NCBI GenBank assembly: GCA_963817265.1
Contig: CAWFNU010000017.1
Location: 10,511-74,510, forward strand
From: an uncultured Chloroflexia bacterium
Lineage (GTDB): Bacteria; Chloroflexota; Anaerolineae; Anaerolineales; Villigracilaceae
Length of the DNA stretch: 64,000 nucleotides
Direction of reading: 5' to 3'
Shown here: piece after piece, positions 1 through 11,007 of the stretch
How the letters are laid out: the number at the start of each line of letters is the position of its first letter
Position numbering within the stretch: the stretch's first letter is position 1
Notes under the pieces: generated by a model
The model's input: only the letters and a program-made list of their open reading frames with translations
Databases searched by the model: none
Told to the model about the DNA's origin: nothing
Position numbers and translations under genes: made by a program

Positions 1-287
1 CGGAGACTGCGAATTTGTCTAGTCTAAGCGAGTTTGCCAGGCACAGGATATCCTTCGGCCAATCCAGAATTCGGCGGTCAGGCTGAAACGTGGATAATCC
101 ATACCCTGGGCGATCCACACAAATCAGATGCACACCCAGTCGGGAAGATATCGCATCAGGTGGGCGGAAGAAACGCGATCCTGGAGTGCCATGGAAGAAA
201 AACACTGGCGCTCCTTGTAAATCGCCAAACTCAGCATACCCGAGCGTTCGGCCATCTTCTAGCTTGATTGAATTCATTGAACCAGAA
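1..287 (-). CDS. alpha/beta-hydrolase fold protein, N-terminal fragment (gene continues past the left edge)
   Basis: Own translation of the minus strand from the ATG at ~287 gives MNSIKLEDGRTLGYAEFGDLQGAPVFFFHGTPGSRFFRPPDAISSRLGVHLICVDRPGYGLSTF... The HGxPGS oxyanion loop and DRPGYG are typical of proline-iminopeptidase/epoxide-hydrolase-type alpha/beta hydrolases. It is not in the ORF track because it has no stop in the window. The plus-strand ORFs 34..267 and 90..305 are its shadows. Confidence 0.7.
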
Positions 288-294
288 ACCCAGT

Positions 295-2868
295 TTATAG
301 CTTGACCTTCTCTTCGGTAAGTTTCCTGGCCTCCGCCATTGCTTCGGGCCGGTTGCTGATGGGAAAATGGTTATTTATCGGGCTGATGCGTGCTCCCAGC
401 GCGGTTGGTTCATAAATACCCCAGCGTGTCAGCCAGCGCACACTACCGGTCAAGGAAACTGCATCCTGCAACTCGGCAAGAGTATCCTTATCCCATCCGC
501 CAAATAGTCCGTACAGGAACATGTAAATTGGGAAACTCGGCAGGATCCCAATGAAAAAGATCAACACGCTGGTGATCTGATCGCCTTTCCAAAGGAAACG
601 ATTGATGCCCAACAAAACACAATAGTGGGTGGCTCCAGCGAGCAATGGCGCCACAAGCGATTGCCAGATATAGAAGCGTTGTGGGAAACATATTTTATGG
701 TTGATCAAATACGCAGCAAAACCTTTAGAAAACAATCCTACAAAATAAGCAATGATCAATCCCGTCACTTGGAACCGTGCCAGCAGGAACCAGGCTAGTA
801 CCACCCGGATAACCTGTTCTGAAAATACCAGGATGGATTTGAGCCAGGGCTTGTTGGATCCCAATTGCACATTGTCACCTACCCAGGATGGGAACTGGAC
901 AGCTCCCCAGATGGTGAGTGGGATCACATAGATGGCAGCCCGCTGGAATTCTATGCCGGTGGAGCCAAGGATGAATTTGGGTGCTACAGCCAGCAGGACG
1001 GCGCCAATAAAAGCGCTGGTGAGGCCGTTGTACTTATACGCCATCACGCTGTAATACTGGCTCAAAACGCGTTTCCCGTGGGAAATGGCCTCGGAAATGG
1101 CCGGCATAACCCCATCATTGAGTGTTTGGGTCACATTGAAGGCAAAAATGAAGTTTTGTGCCAACCCCCAGTTCCCCCAGATTTCGGCGTAATTGATCAA
1201 GCGTGTCTGGGTAATGGCGATTTCCATGGCCTGCCCGAAAGACCAGGCAGCCGAGCCAAGCATTTCAAACACCCCAAACTTGAAACTGGTCTTGACCACC
1301 TCCCAGTCAAAATGCGCTAGAAAAAGGATGCGGGCGTTGTATCCCACTCTACGGTAAAGGTAAAGTCCAAGCAGGAAGGACAACAATTCTCCTGCGTATG
1401 CCGCGATCCCCATGCCGAGCAATCCGCCCATGGCTCCCCCAAAGATTGGGTGGGCGCGGCCCCAGGCGAACATGATTGAGACGAACACTGGTTGGACCAG
1501 CATCGGCAGGACAACGTTCAAGGCGATATCCAGAAGACGGCTGTAGTCCAGGCGCTGGAAGCCGGTTAGCGCATGCCTCATCACCTGGTAAAACCCAGGG
1601 ATTTGTATGAAGGAATGGATGATCACGCTCCAGGCGTATAAGGCATACGCCGAGCGGGGAGCAACTGTGCTCGCCAGGGAAATTACCAATGCCACCTGGA
1701 CTGCTCCCGAAAGCGCCTGCCACCAAACAAACACCTGTCCGTATTGGATGCCTTTCCTGGGATCGTTTACGCGATGTTCCGAAAGGAATTTTATGAAGGC
1801 AATGCTTGTCCCCATGTCAAAAAAGAACCATGCCAGATTGAAGAATTGGGTTACCCGTCCCCAAATGCCCAACGCCTGGGCAGAGGGGAGAATATAGGTG
1901 GGCAGGATCAGGTTTTGGTAGATGATCAGCGGGATGAAGAAGATAAGCCCAATGCTCAGGGCAACTAAAAACCCTCCCAAAGGGCGATGAAATCCAACCT
2001 CTTCCCATTCGGTTTTTGCCTCTCGCACCTCGAAACTGGTGCGGTCAGAGACAATTTTATCCAGCTCCTCAGGATGCTTAAGGCTGTATCTTCGCACGAG
2101 GACGAAGGCCCCGAAGGTGGTGACAATCATTATTCCCATAATGATGAGCAGGATGTTCCGATCGAAATTATGAGGAACGGGTGAGGCGGGGTAGTCTGCG
2201 AAGGAAAGCGGAGTCTGTCCAGCAGCCCGAAGGGCAAGGTGATAGATAAGATAGTTAAAATACCCCCATTCTTGAATTTGAGGGTTGTATGAGGCTGTTT
2301 TTTGGGTTTGCGGGTCGGTATAATTAGTCAGGTAGGCGTTGACAAAAAAGATATTTGGCTTGTTTCCGGTCCACAAAATCCAGTCCCCGCTCTCGTAAGC
2401 GGTTACTAGCGGTTGAATAGAAGAATGCGGTGTAAGCACCTGCATCCGTTCCCGTACCTGGGGGGCTCCGTTCCAAATGATTTGCGTAACGAGTGGGTCG
2501 CTAATTTTTATTTCAGTCAGGCTGACGGCAGTGGTCATTTCGGAAAGTGCGACCGGTACACCACTGATTTCTTCAACGTCTCTGGGAGACATCCCGGGAC
2601 CAAGAATGAGCACCAGCCCTGCACCACGCTGGACCTGTTTGGCGATCAAGGCTGGATCAGGGATGATCCCGTTCACTATAAGAACATCTGCCTGGGCTGG
2701 ATCGCTGACAATTGAGAATGTTGCCTGCGGAGCTAGCGTCAGGGCGATATAGACGCTATTGTCTTGCGGACCGGCATAATAAACCCGGATCGTACCGCTG
2801 GCTGATGCAGGCAGGACAATACTAAAAAGGACAAGCACGCTGAGCGAAAGGATGAGAAAACGACGCAT
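295..2868 (-). CDS. large integral membrane protein: exported N-terminal domain fused to a MOP/Wzx-like polysaccharide-flippase-type multi-TM domain
   Basis: The track ORF is 295..2925 (876 aa). I prefer the internal ATG at 2868 (MRRFLILSLSVLVLFSIVLPASA, signal-like), which has AGGAG about 7 nt upstream and clears the upstream gene. About 250 aa of soluble exported domain are followed by at least 12 hydrophobic helices. The flippase assignment is a fold-level guess. Confidence 0.55.
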   Translation of the reverse strand: MRRFLILSLSVLVLFSIVLPASASGTIRVYYAGPQDNSVYIALTLAPQATFSIVSDPAQADVLIVNGIIPDPALIAKQVQRGAGLVLILGPGMSPRDVEEISGVPVALSEMTTAVSLTEIKISDPLVTQIIWNGAPQVRERMQVLTPHSSIQPLVTAYESGDWILWTGNKPNIFFVNAYLTNYTDPQTQKTASYNPQIQEWGYFNYLIYHLALRAAGQTPLSFADYPASPVPHNFDRNILLIIMGIMIVTTFGAFVLVRRYSLKHPEELDKIVSDRTSFEVREAKTEWEEVGFHRPLGGFLVALSIGLIFFIPLIIYQNLILPTYILPSAQALGIWGRVTQFFNLAWFFFDMGTSIAFIKFLSEHRVNDPRKGIQYGQVFVWWQALSGAVQVALVISLASTVAPRSAYALYAWSVIIHSFIQIPGFYQVMRHALTGFQRLDYSRLLDIALNVVLPMLVQPVFVSIMFAWGRAHPIFGGAMGGLLGMGIAAYAGELLSFLLGLYLYRRVGYNARILFLAHFDWEVVKTSFKFGVFEMLGSAAWSFGQAMEIAITQTRLINYAEIWGNWGLAQNFIFAFNVTQTLNDGVMPAISEAISHGKRVLSQYYSVMAYKYNGLTSAFIGAVLLAVAPKFILGSTGIEFQRAAIYVIPLTIWGAVQFPSWVGDNVQLGSNKPWLKSILVFSEQVIRVVLAWFLLARFQVTGLIIAYFVGLFSKGFAAYLINHKICFPQRFYIWQSLVAPLLAGATHYCVLLGINRFLWKGDQITSVLIFFIGILPSFPIYMFLYGLFGGWDKDTLAELQDAVSLTGSVRWLTRWGIYEPTALGARISPINNHFPISNRPEAMAEARKLTEEKVKL

Positions 2869-2882
2869 GAATTTTCTCCTAG

Positions 2883-3773
2883 TCAAATGGCTCTTCCTGT
2901 CTCCGTCCGAGCAGGAATCCAGCAACGATGGTTAGGGTGGTTCCCAGCAAAATGTAGAAAACAGATATCGAACTTGGGGGGGTAGAGTCCAAAAATAAAA
3001 AAATATACCAAAATTGGCGCGATCTGGATGGGTACCTGGGCTACCGGCACAACATTACTGGCTTGCGCGTACTTAAAAGCGAGTTGATTTTGCCAGGTGA
3101 TGACCCCGGCACACATTATTAGGATGATCGCAGCAATGAAAAAGATGATGGATTGGGAAGCAGTACTGTGCCCATACAGGACTAGCACGATCAATGCCAA
3201 CAGAGGGTTGATCCAGAAGTCTGACAGGCAGGACAGGAATCCATTTGCTAGGGCAATCAACATCCCCTTGCGGTTTTTTATGCGGGGTGGCAGGCTTCGG
3301 GCAGTGATACTGAAAGCCAAAAAAACGATGGTAAATAGGGCGATCCTTTGCAGCGCATTTGGGTCCGCAAGCATGGTCCTGACCTGGGATGAATTAATTG
3401 CCAGCCTGCTTAAACCGAGGCAAATGATGCCAAGGATCATTAACGCGATCCCAATCTTCTCGGAGAAATTCAAGGTCTCCAGGTTCATCCGTACCGAGCC
3501 TATCGCTAAAACGATCAATCCACTGGCCATCAGCCCGGGAGTCAATGCTGGACCGATCGTGCTTTGCGCCAGCATATATGCAGCAGTCCCCCCACCCAAC
3601 CCAAAAATCACTCCCGACAGCCATACTGGGCTTTTCACCAGCCGGCGGAAAAACCCATGTTCGCGATCTTTTCGAATTTGATTGACGGCGCGTTTTTCAA
3701 GGAGCTGTCCAAACTGCGTTAGGATACCGCCGAAAATTCCGAGCGCTACACCCGCCAGGTAATGCAAACCCAT
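2883..3773 (-). CDS. DMT-superfamily permease (NIPA/EamA-like); probable frameshift near the 3' end
   Basis: Multi-TM ORF with a NIPA-like pattern (..SPVWLSGVIFGLGGGTAAYMLAQSTIGPALTPGLMASGLIVLAIG..LETLNFSEKIG..). The last ~30 residues of the track ORF (KFDICFLHFAGNHPNHRCWIPARTETGRAI) are non-membrane-like. An alternative frame entered at a G7/C7 run (~2976-2982) reads SISVFYILLGTTLTIVAGFLLGRRQEEPFD* and ends at ~2879. Confidence 0.6.
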   Translation of the reverse strand: MGLHYLAGVALGIFGGILTQFGQLLEKRAVNQIRKDREHGFFRRLVKSPVWLSGVIFGLGGGTAAYMLAQSTIGPALTPGLMASGLIVLAIGSVRMNLETLNFSEKIGIALMILGIICLGLSRLAINSSQVRTMLADPNALQRIALFTIVFLAFSITARSLPPRIKNRKGMLIALANGFLSCLSDFWINPLLALIVLVLYGHSTASQSIIFFIAAIILIMCAGVITWQNQLAFKYAQASNVVPVAQVPIQIAPILVYFFIFGLYPPKFDICFLHFAGNHPNHRCWIPARTETGRAI

Positions 3774-3776
3774 CGG

Positions 3777-5133
<1,357 letters not shown>

Positions 5134-5537
5134 TCACTCCATAGGAAAATAGGGATTCCCGCGCTACCTCCCAGGGATGGTAGTCCGGGTCGGAGAAATA
5201 TCCGCAGGAACAGCCCCAAAAAGGTTCGGTGGCGGGTTTGAGGATGGCAGTACCAAAAGCCGGTGCGTGCTCGATAACCTAGTTTACTATTTCTTTGCTC
5301 GAGACGTTGTGAGCCAGTGTAACCCCCACCAAAATGTGCGCGTTCTGGTGGGATACGAGCATCTTCAGCCAAGGGGTCGGAGGGATATAAAGCTTGCCAG
5401 GTGCTAGCGAATTGAAAGAAGGCTATTCCTTCACCCTCTTGAATATTATTTGGGAGTTTAAGACCAGGTCGGAAATTATTAATGGTTCGCTGCGGGTCCA
5501 CCAACCCTAGGGGGTTGATGTTGATTCGTGGTTCCAT
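5134..5537 (-). pseudogene. VOC/glyoxalase-family protein, disrupted (frameshifts plus an in-frame TAG); 3' end uncertain (5120-5136)
   Basis: The N-terminus from the track ORF is MEPRININPLGLVDPQRTINNFRPGLKLPNN..GIAFFQFASTWQALYPSDPLAEDARIPPERAHF. Own translation in another frame, entered near a C5/G5 run at ~5323, gives GVTLAHNVSSKEIVN-TAG-VIEHAPAFGTAILKPATEPFWG..GYFSDPD.HPWEVA.NPYFPME. This matches the glyoxalase-like family pattern. The tail of the track ORF is out of frame. Confidence 0.5.
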
Positions 5538-5653
5538 GGGGTAAGGATACTGGAAAAATGCATTTCACACAAGCGAGAGAAACACGATTCAAATGATTGG
5601 GCATTTATGACTGTGCGCTTATAGCAATTATTCCATGACTGTCGGTTGCGAAC

Positions 5654-6697
5654 ATGGGTATAATTATCTTCATGACGAACCCGTCCAAACGCGTCCTCGA
5701 CCCGGAACCGAAACCTGACGATCGGCTGGATCAGACCCTCCGTCCGCAGTTGCTTTCCGACTTGATCGGCCAGGATCAAGTGAAGGAAAACCTTGCCATC
5801 CTGATTGCGGCTGCCCGACAGCGGGGAGAGGCACTCGACCACGTTTTGTTTTATGGGCCTCCGGGCCTTGGTAAGACTACCCTGGCACACGTTGTGGCAA
5901 ATGAGATGAACGTCAACATTAAAATTACCTCTGGACCAGCGATTGAACGGGCGGGGGATCTGGCTGCCATCCTGACTAATCTGCGTGCCGGAGATGTTCT
6001 GTTTATTGATGAAGTTCACCGCCTGGGAAAAGCTGTGGAAGAGATCTTGTATCCGGCCATGGAAGATTATGCACTGGATATCATTATCGGCAAAGGACCT
6101 CGAGCGCGTTCCATCCGTTTAAAATTGCCGCGTTTCACCGTGGTGGGTGCCACCACCCGTCTGGCACTGATGACCGCCCCTTTGCGGGCACGCTTTGGAG
6201 CTGTCTACCGCCTCGATTACTATGATATCCAGGCGATGAAAGCGATCGTTCGGCGCGCCATTGGCAAGTTGAAGCTGGATGCCAACGAGGGCGGGGTGGA
6301 AGAGATCGCCCGCCGTGCACGCGGTACACCGCGTGTGGCACTTCGCCTCTTGCGACGAGTACGGGATTTCGCGCAGGTTCGTTCTGATGGTACTGTAACA
6401 CGCGCTGGTGCAAAAGATGCACTTGACCTGCTCCAGGTGGATCCACTCGGTCTGGATGACCTGGATCGGCGGGTACTGAAGACCATTATTCAAAAATACA
6501 GCGGAGGCCCTGTAGGTTTGAATACCATTGCCGCTGCCATCAGCGAGGAGCCTGAAACGATTATGGATGTGGTCGAACCCTACCTCCTGCAGTTGGGCTT
6601 CCTCGACCGCACCCCGCAGGGCAGGGTAGCGACCAAAGCCGCTTACGAACACTTGGGGGTGGAATTCACCGAAACAGTTCAACCAAAACTTATTTAA
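5654..6697 (+). CDS. ruvB: Holliday junction branch-migration helicase RuvB
   Basis: [19 protein letters not shown], Walker [12 protein letters not shown], Walker [10 protein letters not shown], sensor ATTR and the C-terminal winged helix are all present. An alternative start at 5672 (MTNPSK) is possible. Confidence 0.95.
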   Translation: MGIIIFMTNPSKRVLDPEPKPDDRLDQTLRPQLLSDLIGQDQVKENLAILIAAARQRGEALDHVLFYGPPGLGKTTLAHVVANEMNVNIKITSGPAIERAGDLAAILTNLRAGDVLFIDEVHRLGKAVEEILYPAMEDYALDIIIGKGPRARSIRLKLPRFTVVGATTRLALMTAPLRARFGAVYRLDYYDIQAMKAIVRRAIGKLKLDANEGGVEEIARRARGTPRVALRLLRRVRDFAQVRSDGTVTRAGAKDALDLLQVDPLGLDDLDRRVLKTIIQKYSGGPVGLNTIAAAISEEPETIMDVVEPYLLQLGFLDRTPQGRVATKAAYEHLGVEFTETVQPKLI

Positions 6698-6825
6698 ACT
6701 GGGGGAATATTGATACAAAGATCAAAATTTCTGGAACTTGGTCTTAATCTATTCCATCATTTCTATCTAAACTTGGGTCAAATCCATGTTGGAGTTAAAC
6801 TTCTGTCGAAAAGGATTGGAGTTCT

Positions 6826-7839
6826 TTGAAAACCTCCGATTTTGATTATGTTTTACCCCCCTCCTATATTGCCCAGACTCCCGCCGAGCCGCGTGATTCG
6901 TCGCGTCTGCTCGTTTTAAACCGGTTTACCGGGGATATCGAGCATCGGTTATTCCGGGATATTTGTCGATATCTGAATCCCGGCGATTTAATGGTTGTAA
7001 ACCGGACGCGCGTCATCCCGGCACGGATCTTTGCCCGCAAGCCAACTGGAGGAAATGTCGAAATCCTGCTCCTCCATCGGGATGATTCCCTGACATGGGA
7101 ATGTCTGGTGGGTGGCAAAGGCTTGTCGGTTGGCAAGCTCATCACGATTGAGAAAGGTCCTGCGGCGGAGATTATCGAGGTGCTGGATGGTTCCCGACGT
7201 CGGGTCCGATTTTCCGATCCGATTGAACCTTATTTTCCAAAAGTGGGTAACGTCCCGCTTCCACCTTACATACATGAACCGCTCAGGGACCCTGAGCGCT
7301 ACCAGACGGTCTTTGCACGCGATCCTGGCTCTGTGGCCGCACCTACTGCCGGATTGCACTTCACTCCGCGATTGATGGATGAGCTCGGGTCAGAGGGTAT
7401 TCAATTTGCCGAAGTGACATTGCATGTTGGGTTGGACACCTTTGCACCGGTCACGGAAGAAGACCCTGAGCAGCACCAGATCCATACCGAATGGTGTGAA
7501 ATTCCTCCTGCCACGGTGGAAGCCATCACTCGGACACATGAATCAGGGGGGCGAATTATTGCTGTTGGAACGACATCAGTTCGAACCCTTGAAACTGCTG
7601 CCAGAGCAGGAAAAAGTGGCATCCTTTCCTTTAGCGGTCCGACAAATTTATATATTCTGCCAGGGTTCAAGTTCGAAATTGTGGATGCGATGATCACCAA
7701 TTTCCATCTTCCCAAATCCACGTTACTAATGCTGGTCAGCTCCTTTGCCGGAAGGGAAAATATTCTTCACGCATATGAAATCGCCAAACGTGAGCATTAT
7801 CGTTTCTATTCATTTGGGGATGCGATGTTTATTTCTTAA
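6826..7839 (+). CDS. queA: S-adenosylmethionine:tRNA ribosyltransferase-isomerase QueA
   Basis: TTG start with an upstream GGAG. Motifs are FDYVLPPSYIAQTPAEPRDSSRLLV, PLPPYI, AAPTAGLHFT, VGTTSVRTLE and HYRFYSFGDAMFI. Confidence 0.93.
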   Translation: MKTSDFDYVLPPSYIAQTPAEPRDSSRLLVLNRFTGDIEHRLFRDICRYLNPGDLMVVNRTRVIPARIFARKPTGGNVEILLLHRDDSLTWECLVGGKGLSVGKLITIEKGPAAEIIEVLDGSRRRVRFSDPIEPYFPKVGNVPLPPYIHEPLRDPERYQTVFARDPGSVAAPTAGLHFTPRLMDELGSEGIQFAEVTLHVGLDTFAPVTEEDPEQHQIHTEWCEIPPATVEAITRTHESGGRIIAVGTTSVRTLETAARAGKSGILSFSGPTNLYILPGFKFEIVDAMITNFHLPKSTLLMLVSSFAGRENILHAYEIAKREHYRFYSFGDAMFIS

Positions 7840-8783
7840 ACGGGAATTGCCCGTTTGTTTGAAGGCAATTCAGGCAACACTCCCACGGCTCGGTCGTATT
7901 GATCAGCCAGGATCTTTTTCCCCATCAGCTCACCATATTCAACCAGTTTTGGGATTTGCCGAGGATCATCCAGGGGGAGTGATTCTTTCAAGTCCACTTG
8001 GAACCGGCGGAAATCCAAATCGCGGAAAAAAGTGTCCACCAGGTGGACTTGCTGGTCATCAGCAGAGGTCAGGAACGCGTCCAGGGTCGGGGTGATCCAA
8101 TCCCAGGCCATAAATCGTTCTGGTTGACCCGGTTTGATTTTGGATGGGTCTCGACCAGTTCCCAGGCTGATGAGCGTTGTCTCCTCAGGGTTCCATTTTA
8201 AACAAAACTGTGCTTCGTAGGCTGCCAGGTAGCATGGGTTTGCATACGAGCCAACCCCACCATCCACGTATCGCCCTGCAACAACTGGGAAATAAGTTGG
8301 GATGGAACTGGATGCTAATACCGCCCGGATGACCGGCCAGTATTTGTATTCCCGCTTCCATGGTTTTACGAAACAGGTCTTGTTCGCGATCAGGTCGAAA
8401 GTGGTGATAACCACGTCTGTTTGCGGGTTTGCAGTCCAAAAATCTCCCATTTTCCTGTCGCCAAGGTGTTCTCGCAGGGCGTTAATGAGCGGTTCATTTG
8501 GAAACCGGAAACGCGTCAGGGGCCAGAAGAATGTGCGCCAGGTCTTTTTAAAAATGGTTTCACCGAGGCTGATATAAAGTTCATGCATTTGGGCAGCGGT
8601 CAACCCGACCCCGATCCCAGCGGATATGATTGATCCGGTCGATGTCCCCGCAGCCAGGCGGAAGATTTCATGCACGGTTTTACCGAGGGCTGTTTCCAGT
8701 CGCGCCAGTGCTTTGGTTACAATGATGCCCCGTATCCCGCCCCCGTCTATCGCGATCGCAACATTTTTTCGGAATGGTTTCAT
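7836..8783 (-). CDS. patatin-like phospholipase
   Basis: Oxyanion motif DGGGIRG, nucleophile elbow GTSTG and catalytic D-G-G (VDGGVGSYANP). It is convergent with queA and overlaps it by 4 nt. Confidence 0.88.
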   Translation of the reverse strand: MKPFRKNVAIAIDGGGIRGIIVTKALARLETALGKTVHEIFRLAAGTSTGSIISAGIGVGLTAAQMHELYISLGETIFKKTWRTFFWPLTRFRFPNEPLINALREHLGDRKMGDFWTANPQTDVVITTFDLIANKTCFVKPWKREYKYWPVIRAVLASSSIPTYFPVVAGRYVDGGVGSYANPCYLAAYEAQFCLKWNPEETTLISLGTGRDPSKIKPGQPERFMAWDWITPTLDAFLTSADDQQVHLVDTFFRDLDFRRFQVDLKESLPLDDPRQIPKLVEYGELMGKKILADQYDRAVGVLPELPSNKRAIPV

Positions 8784-8908
8784 GTCATCCTCCTTTGATA
8801 TTGATAAGTGTAGCGCTTTTTAACCAAATCTCATAGTTCCCACCTCAACCCGGATAAGAACTGGGTAACACATTAATAAATTAACTTGTACTAAGGTAGA
8901 ATCTGGTT

Positions 8909-9571
8909 GTGAATCTTCAGGCTCTCAATGCGGAAATTGTGTCCTGCCGGCTCTGTCCACGGTTGGTGGAATGGCGTGAACGAGTGGCACGCGAAAAGAG
9001 ACGTGCCTATTTGGATTTGGACTACTGGGGGAAACCGGTGCCCGGATTTGGCGACGAGAATGCCCGTGTCTTTGTGGTTGGGTTGGCTCCGGGGGCGCAC
9101 GGCTCCAATCGGACCGGGAGACAATTCACCGGAGATGCCTCGGGGGACTTCCTGTACCCGGCTCTATATCGCGCCGGGTTTGCCTCCCAGCCAAACTCGG
9201 TTTCCCGTGTTGACGGGTTGACCCTCACCGATCTTTACACGGCTCCTATTTGCCGGTGTGCACCCCCAGATAATAAACCGACCCCTCGGGAAATGGCAAA
9301 CTGCCAGCCATACTTGGAGTGGGAATTTGAAGCGATTCATCCCAGGATCGTGGTGGCTTTGGGACGGGTGGCGCATGAAGGCATCCTGCGAATTTTTTCC
9401 ATCCCGGGTAAACCTATGCCATTTGCCCACCTGGCAATATTTAATCTTCCTCACGTCATAAAAGAGGTTTGTTCTTATCATCCTAGCCGTCAAAATACTC
9501 AAACCGGTCGTTTGACAATAGATATGTTTGACCAGGTTTGGCAAGTCGTTAAAAAGCTTTTGGAAAGCTAA
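8909..9571 (+). CDS. uracil-DNA glycosylase, family 5 (UDGb)-like, Fe-S cluster type
   Basis: N-terminal CRLCPRL cysteines. Motif 1 is GLAPGAHGSNRTGRQFTGD (A-P-G-A instead of the family-4 GEAPG) and the C-terminal motif is HPS. Confidence 0.8.
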   Translation: MNLQALNAEIVSCRLCPRLVEWRERVAREKRRAYLDLDYWGKPVPGFGDENARVFVVGLAPGAHGSNRTGRQFTGDASGDFLYPALYRAGFASQPNSVSRVDGLTLTDLYTAPICRCAPPDNKPTPREMANCQPYLEWEFEAIHPRIVVALGRVAHEGILRIFSIPGKPMPFAHLAIFNLPHVIKEVCSYHPSRQNTQTGRLTIDMFDQVWQVVKKLLES

Positions 9572-9621
9572 GAGCAAACATTAAATAAGTTACAATACGC
9601 ATAGTCCCGTAGGAGAACCAG

Positions 9622-10917
9622 ATGCGTGCGGTGGATATCATCATAAAAAAGCGCCAAAAACAGGAATTAACCAGCGAGGAGATTGGTTATTTTGTGGAAG
9701 GTTTTACGCGTGGCGATATTCCTGATTATCAGGTGGCTGCTTGGGCTATGGCAGTCTTGCTGAACGGAATGACCTCCCGTGAAACGACCGAATTAACCCT
9801 GGCGATGGCTCACTCTGGGGAAATCCTGGACCTCTCCGGGGTGGTGGATATAGCCATGGACAAGCATTCTTCGGGAGGAGTGGGGGATAAAACCAGCTTG
9901 GTCGTTCTTCCGGTTGTGGTTGCCTGCGGGCTTCCTGTTGGTAAGATGTCGGGGCGCGGGTTGGGCTTCAGTGGCGGGACGCTGGATAAAATGGAATCCA
10001 TTCCCGGTTACCGGGTGGACTTGACGACCGAGGAGTTCAAGAAACAACTTAAAGAAGATGGGATTGTCCTCTCCGGTCAGTCCTTGGATCTTGCTCCGGC
10101 AGATGGGAAATTATATGCCTTGCGGGATGTGACCGGTACTGTGCAATCCATCCCGCTCATCGCTTCATCGATTATGAGTAAAAAAATTGCTGCAGGTGCT
10201 CAGGCTATCGTTCTGGATGTCAAAGTTGGGCTGGGTGCGTTCATGGAGACACTTGATGAGGCTCGGCAGCTCGCATCGCTCATGACGGAAATTGGCGAGT
10301 TGGCTGGACGAAAAGTGGTGACCCTATTGTCGGATATGAACCAACCGCTGGGTGAGGCAGTGGGAAATTCACTGGAAGTGATCGAGGCGATCAACACCTT
10401 GCACGATAATGGACCTTTGGATTTCAGGGAGCATTGTCTGCATGTTAGCGCGCATATGCTGGTCTTGGGGAAGCGTGCTCCTGACTTAGAGGTAGGTCGC
10501 CATATGGGGGAGGAGGCGCTTATTTCGGGTGCGGCGTTCGATAAATTCCGGTTGTTGGTCAGCGCCCAGGGAGGCGATGTTTCATACCTCGATGATCCCG
10601 GAAAATTTCCCTCGGCGAAATATATCGAAACTGTGGTCGCAGATCGGACCGGCAACTTGTCCCGGGTTGATGCACGCCTGATTGGGGAAGCCTCCGTGGC
10701 TCTTGGTGCGGGTCGTGCCATTAAAGGAGACCCAGTGGATCATGCTGTCGGCCTTATTATCCATCAAAAGGTGGGAAATCAAGTTACAAAAGGGGAAAAA
10801 TTATATACCATGTATGCAAACGACCCTGCAAAGTTGACCGTTGCTAGGGAAAGTCTCAAATCAGCGATCGGATGGAGCGAAACCCCGGTTGTCCCGTTTC
10901 CTCTTTTTTATAAATAA
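9622..10917 (+). CDS. pdp: pyrimidine-nucleoside (thymidine) phosphorylase
   Basis: DKHSSGGVGDK, SGRGLGFSGGTLDK, LYALRDVT and SIMSKK, with full-length three-domain architecture (431 aa). Confidence 0.92.
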   Translation: MRAVDIIIKKRQKQELTSEEIGYFVEGFTRGDIPDYQVAAWAMAVLLNGMTSRETTELTLAMAHSGEILDLSGVVDIAMDKHSSGGVGDKTSLVVLPVVVACGLPVGKMSGRGLGFSGGTLDKMESIPGYRVDLTTEEFKKQLKEDGIVLSGQSLDLAPADGKLYALRDVTGTVQSIPLIASSIMSKKIAAGAQAIVLDVKVGLGAFMETLDEARQLASLMTEIGELAGRKVVTLLSDMNQPLGEAVGNSLEVIEAINTLHDNGPLDFREHCLHVSAHMLVLGKRAPDLEVGRHMGEEALISGAAFDKFRLLVSAQGGDVSYLDDPGKFPSAKYIETVVADRTGNLSRVDARLIGEASVALGAGRAIKGDPVDHAVGLIIHQKVGNQVTKGEKLYTMYANDPAKLTVARESLKSAIGWSETPVVPFPLFYK

Positions 10918-11007
10918 GCCGGGTGGATATGGAGGTTGGCAGATAGTAGAAGAAAATGGAATTGCGTAATCGTAAAGATTAGTGCATAATAGAGTCAGGA
11001 GTGCGCC

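Noticed and set aside
34-305. Plus-strand ORFs 34..267 and 90..305
   Set aside because: Their composition is not protein-like. The minus strand here encodes a clear alpha/beta-hydrolase N-terminus (feature 1..287), so these are shadow ORFs.
5507-6019. 170-aa minus-strand ORF overlapping the ruvB start, and similar long antisense ORFs (6119..6718, 10200..10721, 11733..12272, 12642..13106, 16484..17101, 21722..22483, 25659..26177, 29325..29876, 33086..33598)
   Set aside because: All lie antisense to genes with strong homology signatures and have biased, low-complexity or Arg/Ser/Pro-rich composition typical of shadow frames in GC-balanced coding DNA. No start or RBS context supports them.
8750-9545. 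Apparent 1-nt disagreements between my hand translation and the supplied ORF track around 8760 and 9540
   Set aside because: I traced these to my own transcription slips at line boundaries while copying the sequence. The track ORFs (patatin 7836..8783, UDG 8909..9571) are internally consistent, so I used the track coordinates. This is why I give hand-derived coordinates elsewhere a tolerance of 1-2 nt.
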